Below are positions 1-12,688 of a DNA stretch of 64,000 nucleotides, piece after piece (position 1 is the first letter of the stretch; the number at the start of each line of letters is the position of its first letter). Source of the stretch: Hormiphora californensis (lineage: Eukaryota; Animalia; Ctenophora); assembly GCA_020137815.1 (NCBI GenBank), contig CM035353.1, forward strand, positions 7,130,001 to 7,194,000. Reading direction: 5' to 3'. The notes under the pieces were generated by a model, which was given only the letters and a program-made list of their open reading frames with translations, had not been told where the DNA came from and searched no databases. The translations under genes were made by a program, and so were the position numbers.

Positions 1-1
1 C

Positions 2-2962
2 ATGGAGGCCCCGGTTAGCCTGGAATATCTCCGGAAATGTACAGTAAATGGCTCCTCCAACCATCTCTTGTTCGCTGATCTCGTTATTCTGACTGACAAT
101 AAGGCACTTCCAGTGCTCCTCAACTTCGCTACCACCTTCGACAGCAACCCTCTTAATGGAATCCACCCTGCTTGTCCCCTCCATATCATTCCATCATCTT
201 TCAAACAGGGCTGTGCATCATCCGGGCCCAGGACTACCAAACATAATCCATGTAAACTTCGTTTTCTTAAGTGGTGCCAAGAAACCCTGCGGAGAACAAC
301 TGTTTTTGCACCTGAAGTCACACACTGCCAGTCGTCCTGTGTGCAGAGCCTGGCAGCAAGCTTGTTTGATTGTGGGGTTGTTGTCAGTACAGAACCGTGC
401 ACTGCTGGATTTAATGGGTTAGGGATATTCACTCTACAACTATCCGTGTCCGATTGTGAAAGTCTACTTTTCGGACATCGTCTTGAAATTCCACCGATAA
501 CAGTATCTGGTGTTCAAGTGATAGGGGAACTGCCGAAATTCGCTGTTTCTACCGATATGGTGTTACATTTTATCAAGTTCCTAAAATCTATCTGTGGGGG
601 CGTGGTTGAGGTTTGGGGCGAGGGAATCACTCAGATCGCCCTATCCGATAGGATTGCTATATCAAATATGGTGAAAGAAACCTCCCTGCAATGTATCTAC
701 TTTCCCTGTGACCGGGTATGTGTTGATTACCTCCGTGTAGTGGCCCCCCTCGTACATCCCAACAGAAAGGCGATATTGTGTCGACCACCTGTCGACCACA
801 CGGTACAGCGTGCGTTCTCACGTAACTTCATCTTCGATCTGGCCACATGCCAACCAGCTGTTTCAGGACCTAAACGATCATCTGACAGGACGTTGTTGTC
901 TAATTTTGTGACCGAGTTCAGGGAATCAATCCACCGGCGGTTATCACCAACTTCGTTTGGGGTAAGCGATAAGAACGAGGACCATGGAAAGGTGCTCTCA
1001 CTCTCCCTCGCAGGTTGTACTAACTTCAGTAATGCACTGGTAACACTCCACACCGCATTGCTCGCTAAAAACATCCTAGATGTAGGAAAGTCTCTGCCAT
1101 CGCATCTCTCAGCTTCATTTGCACCCGGTACTGGTCTTGCCAACCTGTACCTAGAGGAGATAGAGCTGGAGGGGGTGTTTTCCAAATTAGGGCTAACTGA
1201 GGTTCGTTCTTGTTGTGCAGAAAGGACCCGGCCTGTAGAGAAAATAACGGAAGACGTAGTAACGTGTGCTCTGGTTTCTGGAAACGGGAACTACGATAAT
1301 CGGAAACATCCCAACACCTCTGCAACCTACCTCCTTGCTTCCCCTATCGCCCTACTGTTCGCCCTGGCTGGTTCTGTCAATGTTGATCTGGGGGATGTTG
1401 CGGAGGAGATCTGGCCGGATCGGGAGAGGCTGATACAGCTGGAGAGCCAGCAAGTTCTGCCCCGGGTTTGTGCACGTGTCTATAGGGAATTTAGGGAGTC
1501 GTGTGCTGCATTTCAGGAAGCGTTACCGGAGCATCAAGGACGAGGCAGGAGGAGGACTATCGGGCCATTCATATGGGATCCTCATTCTCATTATATTATC
1601 AGACCTCCCTACCTGGAAATACCAACAGGTAAAAAGTCGGATTTTTTGAAGTTGTCTTTATGACAATTGCTTTACTGTTTATATTGTCTAAACTGGATTT
1701 ATGTTTTCTAAATATCCTATCTTTTTTCTGTTTTCAGGGTGGTCACGAGACATTGAGAGGGCTAGGGTGCTCATGGCACTAGGTGATAATGTAACCTCAG
1801 ACCAAATATCTCCTAGCGGATCCATGTCACGAAACTCCCCTGCCGCCACGGTCAGTACCATCCCCACTATAACAGTTATAACTGTCTATTATATATATAT
1901 ATATATATATGCGTAAACGGTATTATATAGCAAGTATAAATACTTGCATATCCCTTTTACACATCTTTTATAGACACCCTTTTATGTGTTATATGTGCAC
2001 GCAAAAATGCACGATTTCAAACCTAATATATTGATCCTCAAAACACAATTTCCTTCTTCAGTATCTCTCGAACTGCAGAGTATCACCCCGGAATTACGAC
2101 TCATACGGGAGCAGGCGGGGTAATCACCACATTGTGGTTATGGGGGTGTTTTCAAAGGCTCGCAATACGGCTGTAGCTATGGCGGGCGCTTTCGCCTGTC
2201 ACTACCCCACAGGGAGGATACTGGATCTGTATGAGGCAGCTATGGTGTACCGCCAATGTAGAACTCCCACCGTTATTCTAGCAGGTAAATATGGGGTTAT
2301 TATATCTTGGTCTTATCCACAAGACTTTGGTGACAAGTCACAACTTTATTAGGGACCCCTAGACATCCTCAAGTGTGAATATGCGATAACCAATCAGACT
2401 CTCCTGAGCTGTGTAGACACTTTGTTAATTCAGAACGTGGTTCAGGTGCGAACGATAACCAATCAAACAATCATTACATTTCAGGTGCCAACTACTGTAC
2501 CGGTGTTTCTAGGGACAGTGGAGCGAGGGGTGTCCGACTGTTGGGGGTGTCTGCAGTTATATCACACTCCTTCCACCCACCACACATCCGGGAGTTAGTC
2601 TTCCAGGTAAGAAAAAATACATGTGTTTTGCAGGTTCGTTCTGCTAAAACATACATTCCGGTACCTTAAAAATAGTTTGATAATAATTCAGGTTTGAACC
2701 CATGTAATCAATTAACATTTAATAATAAATTTCCTTGATATAGGGTGTCCTTCCCATTGAATGTAAGGAGGTTGACTGTGTGGACCCCACTTCTGAGATA
2801 TCAGTATCCTGGCGTGGTCCATCATCCCGAAAAGGCAGCCTCTCCTGGCTTGGTAGCAGTGGTTGTGTTTCCAAGGTCGATGTGACCCTGTTGGGCGACA
2901 TGGACTTGTTGAAGGCGGGTGGGCTGTGTAATTGGGCCATCAAACAGCAGCAGCAGCGGTAG
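2..2962 (+). CDS. Cytosolic aconitase/iron-regulatory-protein-like gene, catalytically degenerate; exons 2-1628, 1738-1850, 2062-2284, 2485-2606, 2744-2962 (5' end may lie outside the window)
   Basis: Collinear ACO1/IRP-like motifs: AVSGPKR, LAGCTNFSN (cf. ITSCTNTSN), SFAPG, VSGNGNYDNRKHPNTSATYLLASP, EEIWPDRE, WDPHSHYIIRPPY, LGDNVTSDQISPSG, SYGSRRGN, ILAG/ANYCTGVSRDSGARGVRLLGVSAV, GVLPI, GGLCNW. GT-AG introns join in frame. Confidence 0.85.
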
Positions 2963-3259
2963 TGTGGAGAGAGAGAGGGAGAAAGAGAGGGAGAGGTAGA
3001 TATCTAATTTGGATTTTTAACGAAATCTGTACAGTGATACAGTTTCCAGTTTTTTAGTAACAAAGTGATTTTGTGATTTCTATTTTTAACTTTCATGTTT
3101 TTTACCAACTAAACGCCATCGCCGAGTTAACTTTTCTTTTCTCACCGAATATATAATGTTTTAATTTTCTGGGTGAAGCCCAACGATTGTAAAGATCCAA
3201 AATGAACACCCTGTATAATGTTTTAATAAATTCATTCAGTGTGCTGTTGTTATCTAGTT

Positions 3260-3822
3260 ATGTCCAACATATTGACGCCACGACTCTCTGGACGGTACAT
3301 CAAAACGGAGACAACAAGAATTGGAGTTGACCAGGGAGGGCTATCGAAAACTAGTGAGCTCATTTATGAGACACTAAAAAGAGATGGAATCGGCCGTGGC
3401 CTCTGGAATTCTTCTCCACTAAATATCCAATCAGGTACTGGATATTCCTCGCCACTTTTATGAATAAAGTAAACACATTTGTACACATTGTATAGCTGCT
3501 TTGTCACGTTGTGTGGATACTTTATTGTTCTCACATATCCAAAATGTTGTACAAATGTGTCCCACATGATGACTCCCACACTCTTTTGTTGAATCTCTTC
3601 AGTCTTCACCCTGTTTTATTGAATCTATTACCCCTGTTGGTGACAGACCCTTACTACTCCCGTGCATAGTGCAGTAAAACGAGGTCTGCTGTTATTGAAT
3701 CCCTTCTTGTTTATTAGGTAGCGCTCAGGAGAAAATAAACTGGATATTTCTTGTTGATACCCTAAACTTCTCTTTCTGGCCGGACGAGGGAAAAGTAAAG
3801 TTTGGAGTAAAGGATCATGAAG
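3260..3822 (+). pseudogene. Truncated duplicate of QNG1-like exons 1-2
   Basis: Same sequence as 5621-6183, but followed by the duplication junction rather than exon 3. Confidence 0.75.
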
Positions 3823-4151
3823 GTAAGTGCTCATCTCCCTAAAACTTATAAACTATTTTGGACGGGAAACACTTATAAATCAATTTTCAAACATGAATAC
3901 GTGCACACCCAGGGGTCCCACACAGCAATTGCTGCAGCTAAGGGACCCCAAAAATATGTTCCCGCACCATGAATGTCTAATAACGTACATGTGCAGCATT
4001 CCTCAATTGTATGTTTCACGGTGTGCACTGTGCAGTCTTTGCACACGATACACACACCTACACGCATATACGGCACGCTTGTCGCTTACCATACTAGCAC
4101 ATTGTGTGTGTTTTCCGCGGTATTCCTTTCCACTTCGTTCACAGTTATACA

Positions 4152-5323
4152 GTAACCTCAGACCAAATATCTCCCAGCGGATCTATGTCGCGAAACTCAC
4201 CTGCCGCCACGGTCAGTACCATCCCCACTATAACAGTTATAACTGTCTATTATATATATATATATATATATGCGTAAACGGTATTATATAGCAAGTATAA
4301 ATACTTGCATATCCCTTTTACACATCTTTTATAGACACCCTTTTATGTGTTATATGTGCACGCAAAAATGCACGATTTCAAACCTAATATATTGATCCTC
4401 AAAACACAATTTCCTTCTTCAGTATCTCTCGAACTGCAGAGTATCACCCCGGAATTACGACTCATACGGGAGCAGGCGGGGTAATCACCACATTGTGGTT
4501 ATGGGGGTGTTTTCAAAGGCTCGCAATACGGCTGTAGCTATGGCGGGCGCTTTCGCCTGTCACTACCCCACAGGGAGGATACTGGATCTGTATGAGGCAG
4601 CTATGGTGTACCGCCAATGTAGAACTCCCACCGTTATTCTAGCAGGTAAATATGGGGTTATTATATCTTGGTCTTATCCACAAGACTTTGGTGACAAGTC
4701 ACAACTTTATTAGGGACCCCTAGACATCCTCAAGTGTGAATATGCGATAACCAATCAGACTCTCCTGAGCTGTGTAGACACTTTGTTAATTCAGAACGTG
4801 GTTCAGGTGCGAACGATAACCAATCAAACAATCATTACATTTCAGGTGCCAACTACTGTACCGGTGTTTCTAGGGACAGTGGAGCGAGGGGTGTCCGACT
4901 GTTGGGGGTGTCTGCAGTTATATCACACTCCTTCCACCCACCACACATCCGGGAGTTAGTCTTCCAGGTAAGAAAAAATACATGTGTTTTGCAGGTTCGT
5001 TCTGCTAAAACATACATTCCGGTACCTTAAAAATAGTTTGATAATAATTCAGGTTTGAACCCATGTAATCAATTAACATTTAATAATAAATTTCCTTGAT
5101 ATAGGGTGTCCTTCCCATTGAATGTAAGGAGGTTGACTGTGTGGACCCCACTTCTGAGATATCAGTATCCTGGCGTGGTCCATCATCCCGAAAAGGCAGC
5201 CTCTCCTGGCTTGGTAGCAGTGGTTGTGTTTCCAAGGTCGATGTGACCCTGTTGGGCGACATGGACTTGTTGAAGGCGGGTGGGCTGTGTAATTGGGCCA
5301 TCAAACAGCAGCAGCAGCGGTAG
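4152..5323 (+). pseudogene. 5'-truncated duplicate of the aconitase-like gene (part of exon 2, exons 3-5)
   Basis: Copy of 1791-2962 lacking exon 1 and the exon-2 acceptor. Confidence 0.75.
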
Positions 5324-5620
5324 TGTGGAGAGAGAGAGGGAGAAAGAGAGGGAGAGGTAGATATCTAATTTGGATTTTTAACGAAATCTGTACAGTGATA
5401 CAGTTTCCAGTTTTTTAGTAACAAAGTGATTTTGTGATTTCTATTTTTAACTTTCATGTTTTTTACCAACTAAACGCCATCGCCGAGTTAACTTTTCTTT
5501 TCTCACCGAATATATAATGTTTTAATTTTCTGGGTGAAGCCCAACGATTGTAAAGATCCAAAATGAACACCCTGTATAATGTTTTAATAAATTCATTCAG
5601 TGTGCTGTTGTTATCTAGTT

Positions 5621-7543
5621 ATGTCCAACATATTGACGCCACGACTCTCTGGACGGTACATCAAAACGGAGACAACAAGAATTGGAGTTGACCAGGGAGG
5701 GCTATCGAAAACTAGTGAGCTCATTTATGAGACACTAAAAAGAGATGGAATCGGCCGTGGCCTCTGGAATTCTTCTCCACTAAATATCCAATCAGGTACT
5801 GGATATTCCTCGCCACTTTTATGAATAAAGTAAACACATTTGTACACATTGTATAGCTGCTTTGTCACGTTGTGTGGATACTTTATTGTTCTCACATATC
5901 CAAAATGTTGTACAAATGTGTCCCACATGATGACTCCCACACTCTTTTGTTGAATCTCTTCAGTCTTCACCCTGTTTTATTGAATCTATTACCCCTGTTG
6001 GTGACAGACCCTTACTACTCCCGTGCATAGTGCAGTAAAACGAGGTCTGCTGTTATTGAATCCCTTCTTGTTTATTAGGTAGCGCTCAGGAGAAAATAAA
6101 CTGGATATTTCTTGTTGATACCCTAAACTTCTCTTTCTGGCCGGACGAGGGAAAAGTAAAGTTTGGAGTAAAGGATCATGAAGGTAAGTGCTCATCTCCC
6201 TAAAACTTATAAACTATTTTGGACGGGAAACACTTATAAATCAATTTTCAAACATGAATACGTGCACACCCAGGGGTCCCACACAGCAATTGCTGCAGCT
6301 AAGGGACCCCAAAAATATGTTCCCGCACCATGAATGTCTAATAACGTACATGTGCAGCATTCCTCAATTGTATGTTTCACGGTGTGCACTGTGCAGTCTT
6401 TGCACACGATACACACACCTACACGCATATACGGCACGCTTGTCGCTTACCATGCTAGCACATTGTGTGTGTTTTCCGCGGTATTCCTTTCCACTTCGTT
6501 CACAGTTATACACCCTTACTATTATACATGTTTGGTTACAAAGTCACCCCTATTACGGGAGCTCGTGTTGAGGGGTAATTTAATTACCAACTCAGATGTA
6601 TCACTATAATTGGCCTAACCTAGTGTTGGCGGAACCGGGGCTGTTGATCAAACCTCCCAACAACGTGTTCCTCTCAGGTAACCTACAGACAGGATACTGG
6701 AGCCTGTGTGCGGCAGTTAACCGTGCCCTTCGTGTTGGTATCCCTGTGACATGTCCCGAGTTCATGGCATCAATGACAAAGGAACAACTCGCCACCATTC
6801 TACGTAGTGATACAGGTAAGGTGATACAAGTGGTGATAGTGACATATATAATACAGGTCCCTACCTCAATTTCATGTTTCTGGATGTTTAACCTGGTTTA
6901 TACCACCCCCTCACTACTATATACCTGTACTATATCAGGTGGGGAGATACCACTACTAGAGGAGCGCTGGAAGGCAGTAACCACAGCAGGCAAGACCCTT
7001 GTATCCCAATTCTTTGGCTCATTCTCCGTCTGTGTGTCCAGGGCTGAGAAGGACGTCCACAAACTGCTAGATATTATAGTGGATAACTTTGAATCCTATC
7101 GAGACATGTGTTTATACCGGGGCAGGACTGTGTCCTTTCTAAAACGTGCCCAGATACTTGTATCAGACATTTGGACGTGCCTCGATGGTAAGGGCCTGGG
7201 GGAGTTCCATAATATTGACCAACTAACAATGTTCGCCGACTATAGGGTTCCTCAAGCCCTTGTAGCGCTCAATGTCTTGACGTATAGTGATGAGCTGAAG
7301 GCGATGTTAAAAGGACGGGAATCTATTGATCCAGGGAGTGAGGTTGAGTGCGAGATCAGGGGAATGAGTATTGTGGCGTGTGATATGATCTGCGAGATGG
7401 TTACTGAGTTAGGTAGGGAGAGAGGGGTGGAGGTGGAGGTGTCTCCTCCTGTTGTGGACTATTGTATTTGGCTGTGGGCCAGGAAAAATAGAGATTTGAT
7501 CGAGGAGTTACCTTTCCATCGGACGAGGACCATCTACTACTAG
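5621..7543 (+). CDS. QNG1: Queuosine salvage protein (Q_salvage/DUF2419, QNG1/C9orf64-like); exons 5621-5795, 6079-6183, 6678-6815, 6939-7543
   Basis: MSNILTPRLSG..., NWIFLVDTLNFSFW, GYWSLCAAVNRAL, ILRSDT, IPLLEER, FESYRD, SFLKRAQILVSDIW, LTMFADYRVPQAL, EIRG, C-terminal PFHRTRTIYY. All three introns are phase 1 and GT-AG. Confidence 0.92.
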
Positions 7544-7944
7544 ACACATGTGTCCCCTGGTTTTTATATTCCTAACTGAGGTGCAGTGAGAGAGGTTTGA
7601 GTAACCATCGGCTTCAAGAATTGTTTTATGATGTTTGAAGTATGTTCAGAATATATCAACTATTTATAGATCAAGGTTCAAGGACTTTAGGACTTTGGGG
7701 CAGAGCGAGTAAATCGCGAGGGCCTGATAGATTATCTTGTAGGTTGTGCGCGTCACAGTTTATGTAACGCGCCGATACTTTAATACAGCGAGTTGGCATT
7801 GTTAGCAATTGTGGCACGACCGCTTTTACTGGTCTTGTTCTAGAATTTTAAGACTATCTTGTGTTGTGTGTAACCATAATGACCCTCTTCAGAAGACGTC
7901 ATGAACATGATGATTTAATTGATACTTATCATTAATTTAGCAGA

Positions 7945-8271
7945 ATGGCTATCCGGTTAAAACGACACTACAAGAACAGGCACTTGGTATTCGGTTTACT
8001 AGGTACTGTGGTTGGATTATCCATGTTAATACAGGTGAACTACACATATCCCAATTGTTAGTAAACCATTTACAAAACTAAATGGTACAGATTTGTCCCT
8101 TTTCTCTCTTATTATCAGTTGTTTTCGTTCTATTCGCCTTTACCATAGTCCATATGTTTCTAGGTGTTACCAAAGTTAAATCCGGATCTGGCTGAAACTA
8201 CACGTCCCAACAAGTACAGTCACATCAACATTGAGGAACTCAGACCTTATGATCCCAAGAAGAAATATTGA
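7945..8271 (+). CDS. 65-aa single-pass membrane microprotein, COX16-like; exons 7945-8034, 8164-8271
   Basis: Spliced in frame: MAIRLKRHYKNRHLVFGLLGTVVGLSMLIQ|VLPKLNPDLAETTRPNKYSHINIEELRPYDPKKKY*. Basic N-terminus, one hydrophobic helix and an RPYD tail resembling COX16 RPWE. The gene model is well supported; the family call is weaker. Confidence 0.55.
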
Positions 8272-8462
8272 TATGAAAAATCCACAAGGGACTGAGCTTT
8301 CATATTAATTAATGAACTGAGCTTTGTTCACTTTTTAATGTCTGTTTTTGTAAATAAGTTATTATGTCGTGGCCCGACGTCGTTAATCCTTATCAGATCT
8401 ATGTGCTTTAACCCATTTTTATCTCACTTCCCAATCTACTACTATCCTGTATTATGTAGGAG

Positions 8463-11400
8463 ATGTCAGATGATGAACATTCAGCACCTCTAAAGTTGGT
8501 ATGCCCCAAAACGCCCTCTCTTACAACCTCTGATCTGAATATCGTCCAGGCAACACAGGTAATGTTTTAATGTTTTGTTACCCTCATTTACGGAGAGGGT
8601 AGAGCAAATTTTGTTCAAACCCTTTGGCACGGGGAGGGTCGAGTAATGGTATAATGCCTGGCTGAGCACCAATTATAGTTATAGGTAGTGGTGATTCAGC
8701 AGTCAGCACTGCATAGATGATCCACTTTTTATTTCAAATACTCATCTTATCCTCAGAATGGTGTTGCAGCCCGTGTCAGGCATCTTGTTGATGAGGAGGG
8801 GTTCGATGTGAATGCACCTGATTCTCAGGATGTATCCCTTCTGCACTGGGCTGCTATCAACAACCGCCTCGAGGTAGTTACTGATAGTTACAGTCAAACA
8901 CCGATTTTCCGGGCTCCGATTTACCGGGAGGATAAAATTCCCCCGATTCAGCCCCGATATACCAAGCACCCCGATATACCGGCCACCCCGATATGCAGGG
9001 CACCCCGGTTTACCGGAAAAACTCTTTTTTCCCCGAGCATCCCGGCAAATCGGGGCCCGACTGAAGTTACACGGTTACTAATTGTCAGTTAGTTTACCAT
9101 ATATGGGAATTCGTTAATTAATTAATAAACTTGTTTAGGTAGCCCGATTCCTGCTTGAAAGGGGTGCTAACGTTAACAAAATTGGAGGGGACCTTCGGGA
9201 GAATGCAATTCATTGGGCAACAAGGTAAACAAGGTTATGAAGAAATATTCGTATCTAGATACTTGTACCATGATTTATCTCCTAAGTGAAAAAGAGAGAG
9301 AGAGCATCAACACGCACCCCTAATACTACTATAACACCCCTCAATCCACAGGCAGAATCACCTTACTATGGTGGTATTGCTGATAAAACACGGAGGTAAC
9401 TATGCGATGCCTAACCGGGACGGGTATACTCCTCTCCATATAGCGGCCGCCTTTCAGTTGACCGGAATATGTGCTTACTATCTCGCCCTTGGAATGGTAA
9501 GGTGGTGGTCATTTTGAGTAGTAACCATGGTAACCACACATACAATAAGTGACTATTTGGGTGTATATATTCTAACTAGCTATGGGTATTAATAATATCT
9601 TAGTAGTAGAGTTCCGTTACGGCAGATACTAAACGGGAGTTTTTCTTTTGTGATATTAGTGATACTTTTCACACAGGATGTCGATGTTCGTAACAATGCC
9701 CGAAAGACACCCCTAATGCTGGCCATCTCCAAACTACACCTCATGGACCCTGTGAGGTTGTTGGTCAAGTTCGGGGCGTCCCTCAGCACCTGTGACAGCG
9801 AGGGAAACACCCCCCTACACATGGCTGTACTTCAGAGTAACACTACGGTGTCTAATACACTGTTAGAGAATGGAGCGTGTATGCACACCTTCAACAATGC
9901 TGGTGACACACCCCTACAACTATCAGGTTAGTTAATTATAGGGTCGAACAAAACAAGATTTTACTGTTACACCTGATGTACAGGTAATTGCAGGTACAGC
10001 TCCAAATCTTGTTCGACCCTTCCTCTCTGTGCCCCGCCACGGTAAAACTAATGTAAAGGATCGTTAGAGCTGTACAGTCAACCCCCCCCCCCCGATTTAT
10101 TAGACTTCTCGGGGGAAGGATAATACACGTTGTAATAATAATAATAATAATAATATACATCGAGGTGTACGGTAAACAGAGGTTTGATATCGCATGAAAT
10201 AAATAAATTCTCTCTCTCTCTCTCTCCCTAGAAAAGTCCGGTAACTGCAGTATGATGCGAGTGTTCCGGAATAAGGTGAAACAAAACAGGATCGAGGAAG
10301 TGTTTACCAAGAAAGGGGTCCCTACTTTCCTGACCGTGTATCCGTCCATTGGAATGGGGCTCATCGGCTACATACTCACACTTGACCTCCCATATTTCAT
10401 GCCCGTCTTATACATCGCAGGTATGATCAGGAGATTAGTTATTATAGGAGATTAGTTATTAGTTTTTGTTATGTTCTAACCCTCCCTTTACATTTGTGAA
10501 GGTAGTGATTCGGGGGCGCGGCGCCCGAAACACAGTCTAGCCAGGCAAATTAGTTTGGTAGCTAACTAGAAAAATATAGTTCATTTCCCTTCCTCAATTC
10601 ATAGCAAGAGTAAAATTCAGCCTATATTTGCTACTATGATACTCCCCACAGTTATTATATTGGTACTGGTGCTATGTGTCCGACTGTGTCTCACCCCAAA
10701 TATTCCCCACAGTTATTATATTGGTACTGGTGCTATGTGTCCGACTGTGTCTCACCCCAAATACTGACAACCCCCTGCCCCTTGGCATCTACTTTGGCCT
10801 CATTCTCTGGCTGTATATCACTATCTACTACCAACTAGGACCCTACTACTTTGATCTTATCTTGGGGATGTGGTTTTTGGTCCTTGCCGGGGCTCACTTT
10901 CACGCCTTTTGGAAGGTTTGGTGTGGGGATCCTGGCTTCCTGGGCGGATCACATGACAATTCAAGCAAGGTTAGATTTGGAATGATATATACCCTGAACA
11001 GTGTTCACGGAACACTGAACCGATTATTTATAACTGAAAGATACATACATTTTCTGTATTCCCCCATCATCTATTTCAGGAGGTAATTCAGTTGTCCGAG
11101 GCAGGGCAGTTTGATCTGTCCAGGTTCTGCACCACCTGTCTTGTGCGGCGGCCAGTCCGCAGTAAACACTGTGTTGTATGTGACCGGTGCGTGGCGCGGT
11201 TTGATCACCATTGTCCCTTTGTAGGCAACTGTATAGGTAAGAAGGGAATTCAGAAGGGCATGCGGGTCAGGGAATTCGGAAGAGCATGGGGGCCAGGGGA
11301 TTCAGAAGGGCATGAGGGCCAGGGGATTCAGAAGGGCATGGGGGTCAGGGAATTCAGAGGGGCATGAGGGCCATGGAAATTCAGAAGGGCATGAGGGTAT

Positions 11401-12688
11401 GAGTTAACTGTTTAGGACATGCAGGAAGTTTTATGTTTGACTCAGCGCTGTTGAGTTTAGATATCCCTGTCACATAAACTCTCAAAACAGCTATGTCTGT
11501 TTTTGAGAGTTCATCTGCGAATAAACCTATTTTCACAGGACTGTACAACCACAAATGGTTCATGATGTTCCTAATTACAATTTGCTTCCAGCTCGTCGTT
11601 TTCTTTCTCGCCACCTACACCTGTAAGTAGAAAACTGTACTTCTTATCTGATTTTGCAACCCTATAGTCAGACGCACTACTTCGATCATCGTTGGTGTGG
11701 TAGTGCTCCAGTAGACCAGGGGGGGGGGGGTCATGTCCTCCTACGTTTTGTCCACTACACCTACTAATCAGACGCTTTACTTCCACTTGCCTCTTACTTT
11801 TTCACTTTCCCAGATCCCTTATAGATATGTAACATGTCACACTAATTCCTGCAGATTACATGGAGGTGTGTTACGTAGAGCAAGACAGTTGGGCGGGTGC
11901 CCTGTACATAATGTTTAGCTGCAGCCCATGGTTATCCTGGAATGGCACCCTCGCCTTCCTGACACTCTTCTGGGTGGCCGTCCTACTGGGATGGCAGATT
12001 AACCAGGTCAGTATTTGTCATACTTGGGGCAGGTTTGAATAGGCCAAAAGGTAGTCGTTTGTAAGACAAATCAGTGCTGTACACTAGGTCAGGGGGTATC
12101 ACACTCAGAGCGGGGAGAGTGGTCACGCTGCAGCGCGCTGTCTCTTTTTGCCCAGAAGATCGGTGCGAGGATCAGAGAGTGGTCAGGAGGAGTCGCTCTG
12201 CATGTGTCATGTTTTGTCGAGTAAGGGGTTACTCAACAAGTCATGTTAGTACTTTGTATTCCTGCAGATTATCCGGATGGGTGTGACGACGAATGAGTTC
12301 TGGAATGTTGCCCGCTACAACTATCTCTCCAATGATTCTCTTGGTAATAACCAAGTATCTTCTCCTTTCTCGTAAGTATATTATATCTAGCCTCTTGTCA
12401 GTAACCCCCCCCCCCCCAACTTCCCCCGTCAAATAAACAACATTTGCTGAGCCTCGCAACCAAAATGTGAAATATACATTTCTCCACAATGTTTCCAGGT
12501 TTGGTTGGCGTCAGAATCTGTCTGATTTTATTGAGGTCCAGTTGCCATGGTTACCAGCGCCCCAACACTACGATTGGACCAGTATCTACACTTGGAGACA
12601 CCCTCAGGGAGGTGCGGACCAATCATCACGACCAGCTCCCCCCGCCAAAACACTTAAAAAGGCTGCCAGCATGGAGAGTTTAGTGTAG
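8463..12688 (+). CDS. ZDHHC17: Ankyrin-repeat DHHC palmitoyltransferase (HIP14/ZDHHC17/13 family), ~12 exons
   Basis: NIVQATQ|NGVAARVR...[12 protein letters not shown]|[29 protein letters not shown], further ankyrin repeats ([15 protein letters not shown]), TM helices, [51 protein letters not shown]|[11 protein letters not shown]. Confidence 0.93.
8891..9063. mobile_element. Tc1/pogo-like MITE (CAGTC termini) in ZDHHC intron 2
   Basis: ta|cagtcaaacaccgattt...aaatcggggcccgactg, with internal ccccgat repeats; same family as 33817-34679. Confidence 0.65.
10640..10763 (+). repeat. 61-bp tandem duplication of a ZDHHC splice acceptor plus exon start
   Basis: 'ccccacagttattatattggtactggtgctatgtgtccgactgtgtctcaccccaaata' occurs twice (acceptor AGs end at 10651 and 10712). 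Confidence 0.9.
11243..11400. repeat. ~26-bp intronic minisatellite (gggaattcagaagggcatgagggcca-like)
   Basis: About six degenerate tandem units directly after the DHHC exon. Confidence 0.85.

Larger units (their letters stand above)
1791..6512. repeat. Near-identical 2361-bp tandem duplication (1791-4151 / 4152-6512)
   Basis: Paired ORFs are offset by exactly 2361 (e.g. 2134/4495, 3239/5600). The junction reads 'acagttataca|gtaacctcagacc'. The few mismatches I noticed lie near the unit ends. Confidence 0.95.

Noticed and set aside
2-1663. Long first exon as a bacterial acnA horizontal transfer or contamination
   Set aside because: The gene continues through four GT-AG introns and sits among typical animal genes; nothing in the sequence specifically indicates bacterial origin.
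3364-3834. Minus-strand ORFs 3364-3609 and 3628-3834 (and their duplicates)
   Set aside because: They are antisense to QNG1 exons 1-2 and intron 1, which explain the region.
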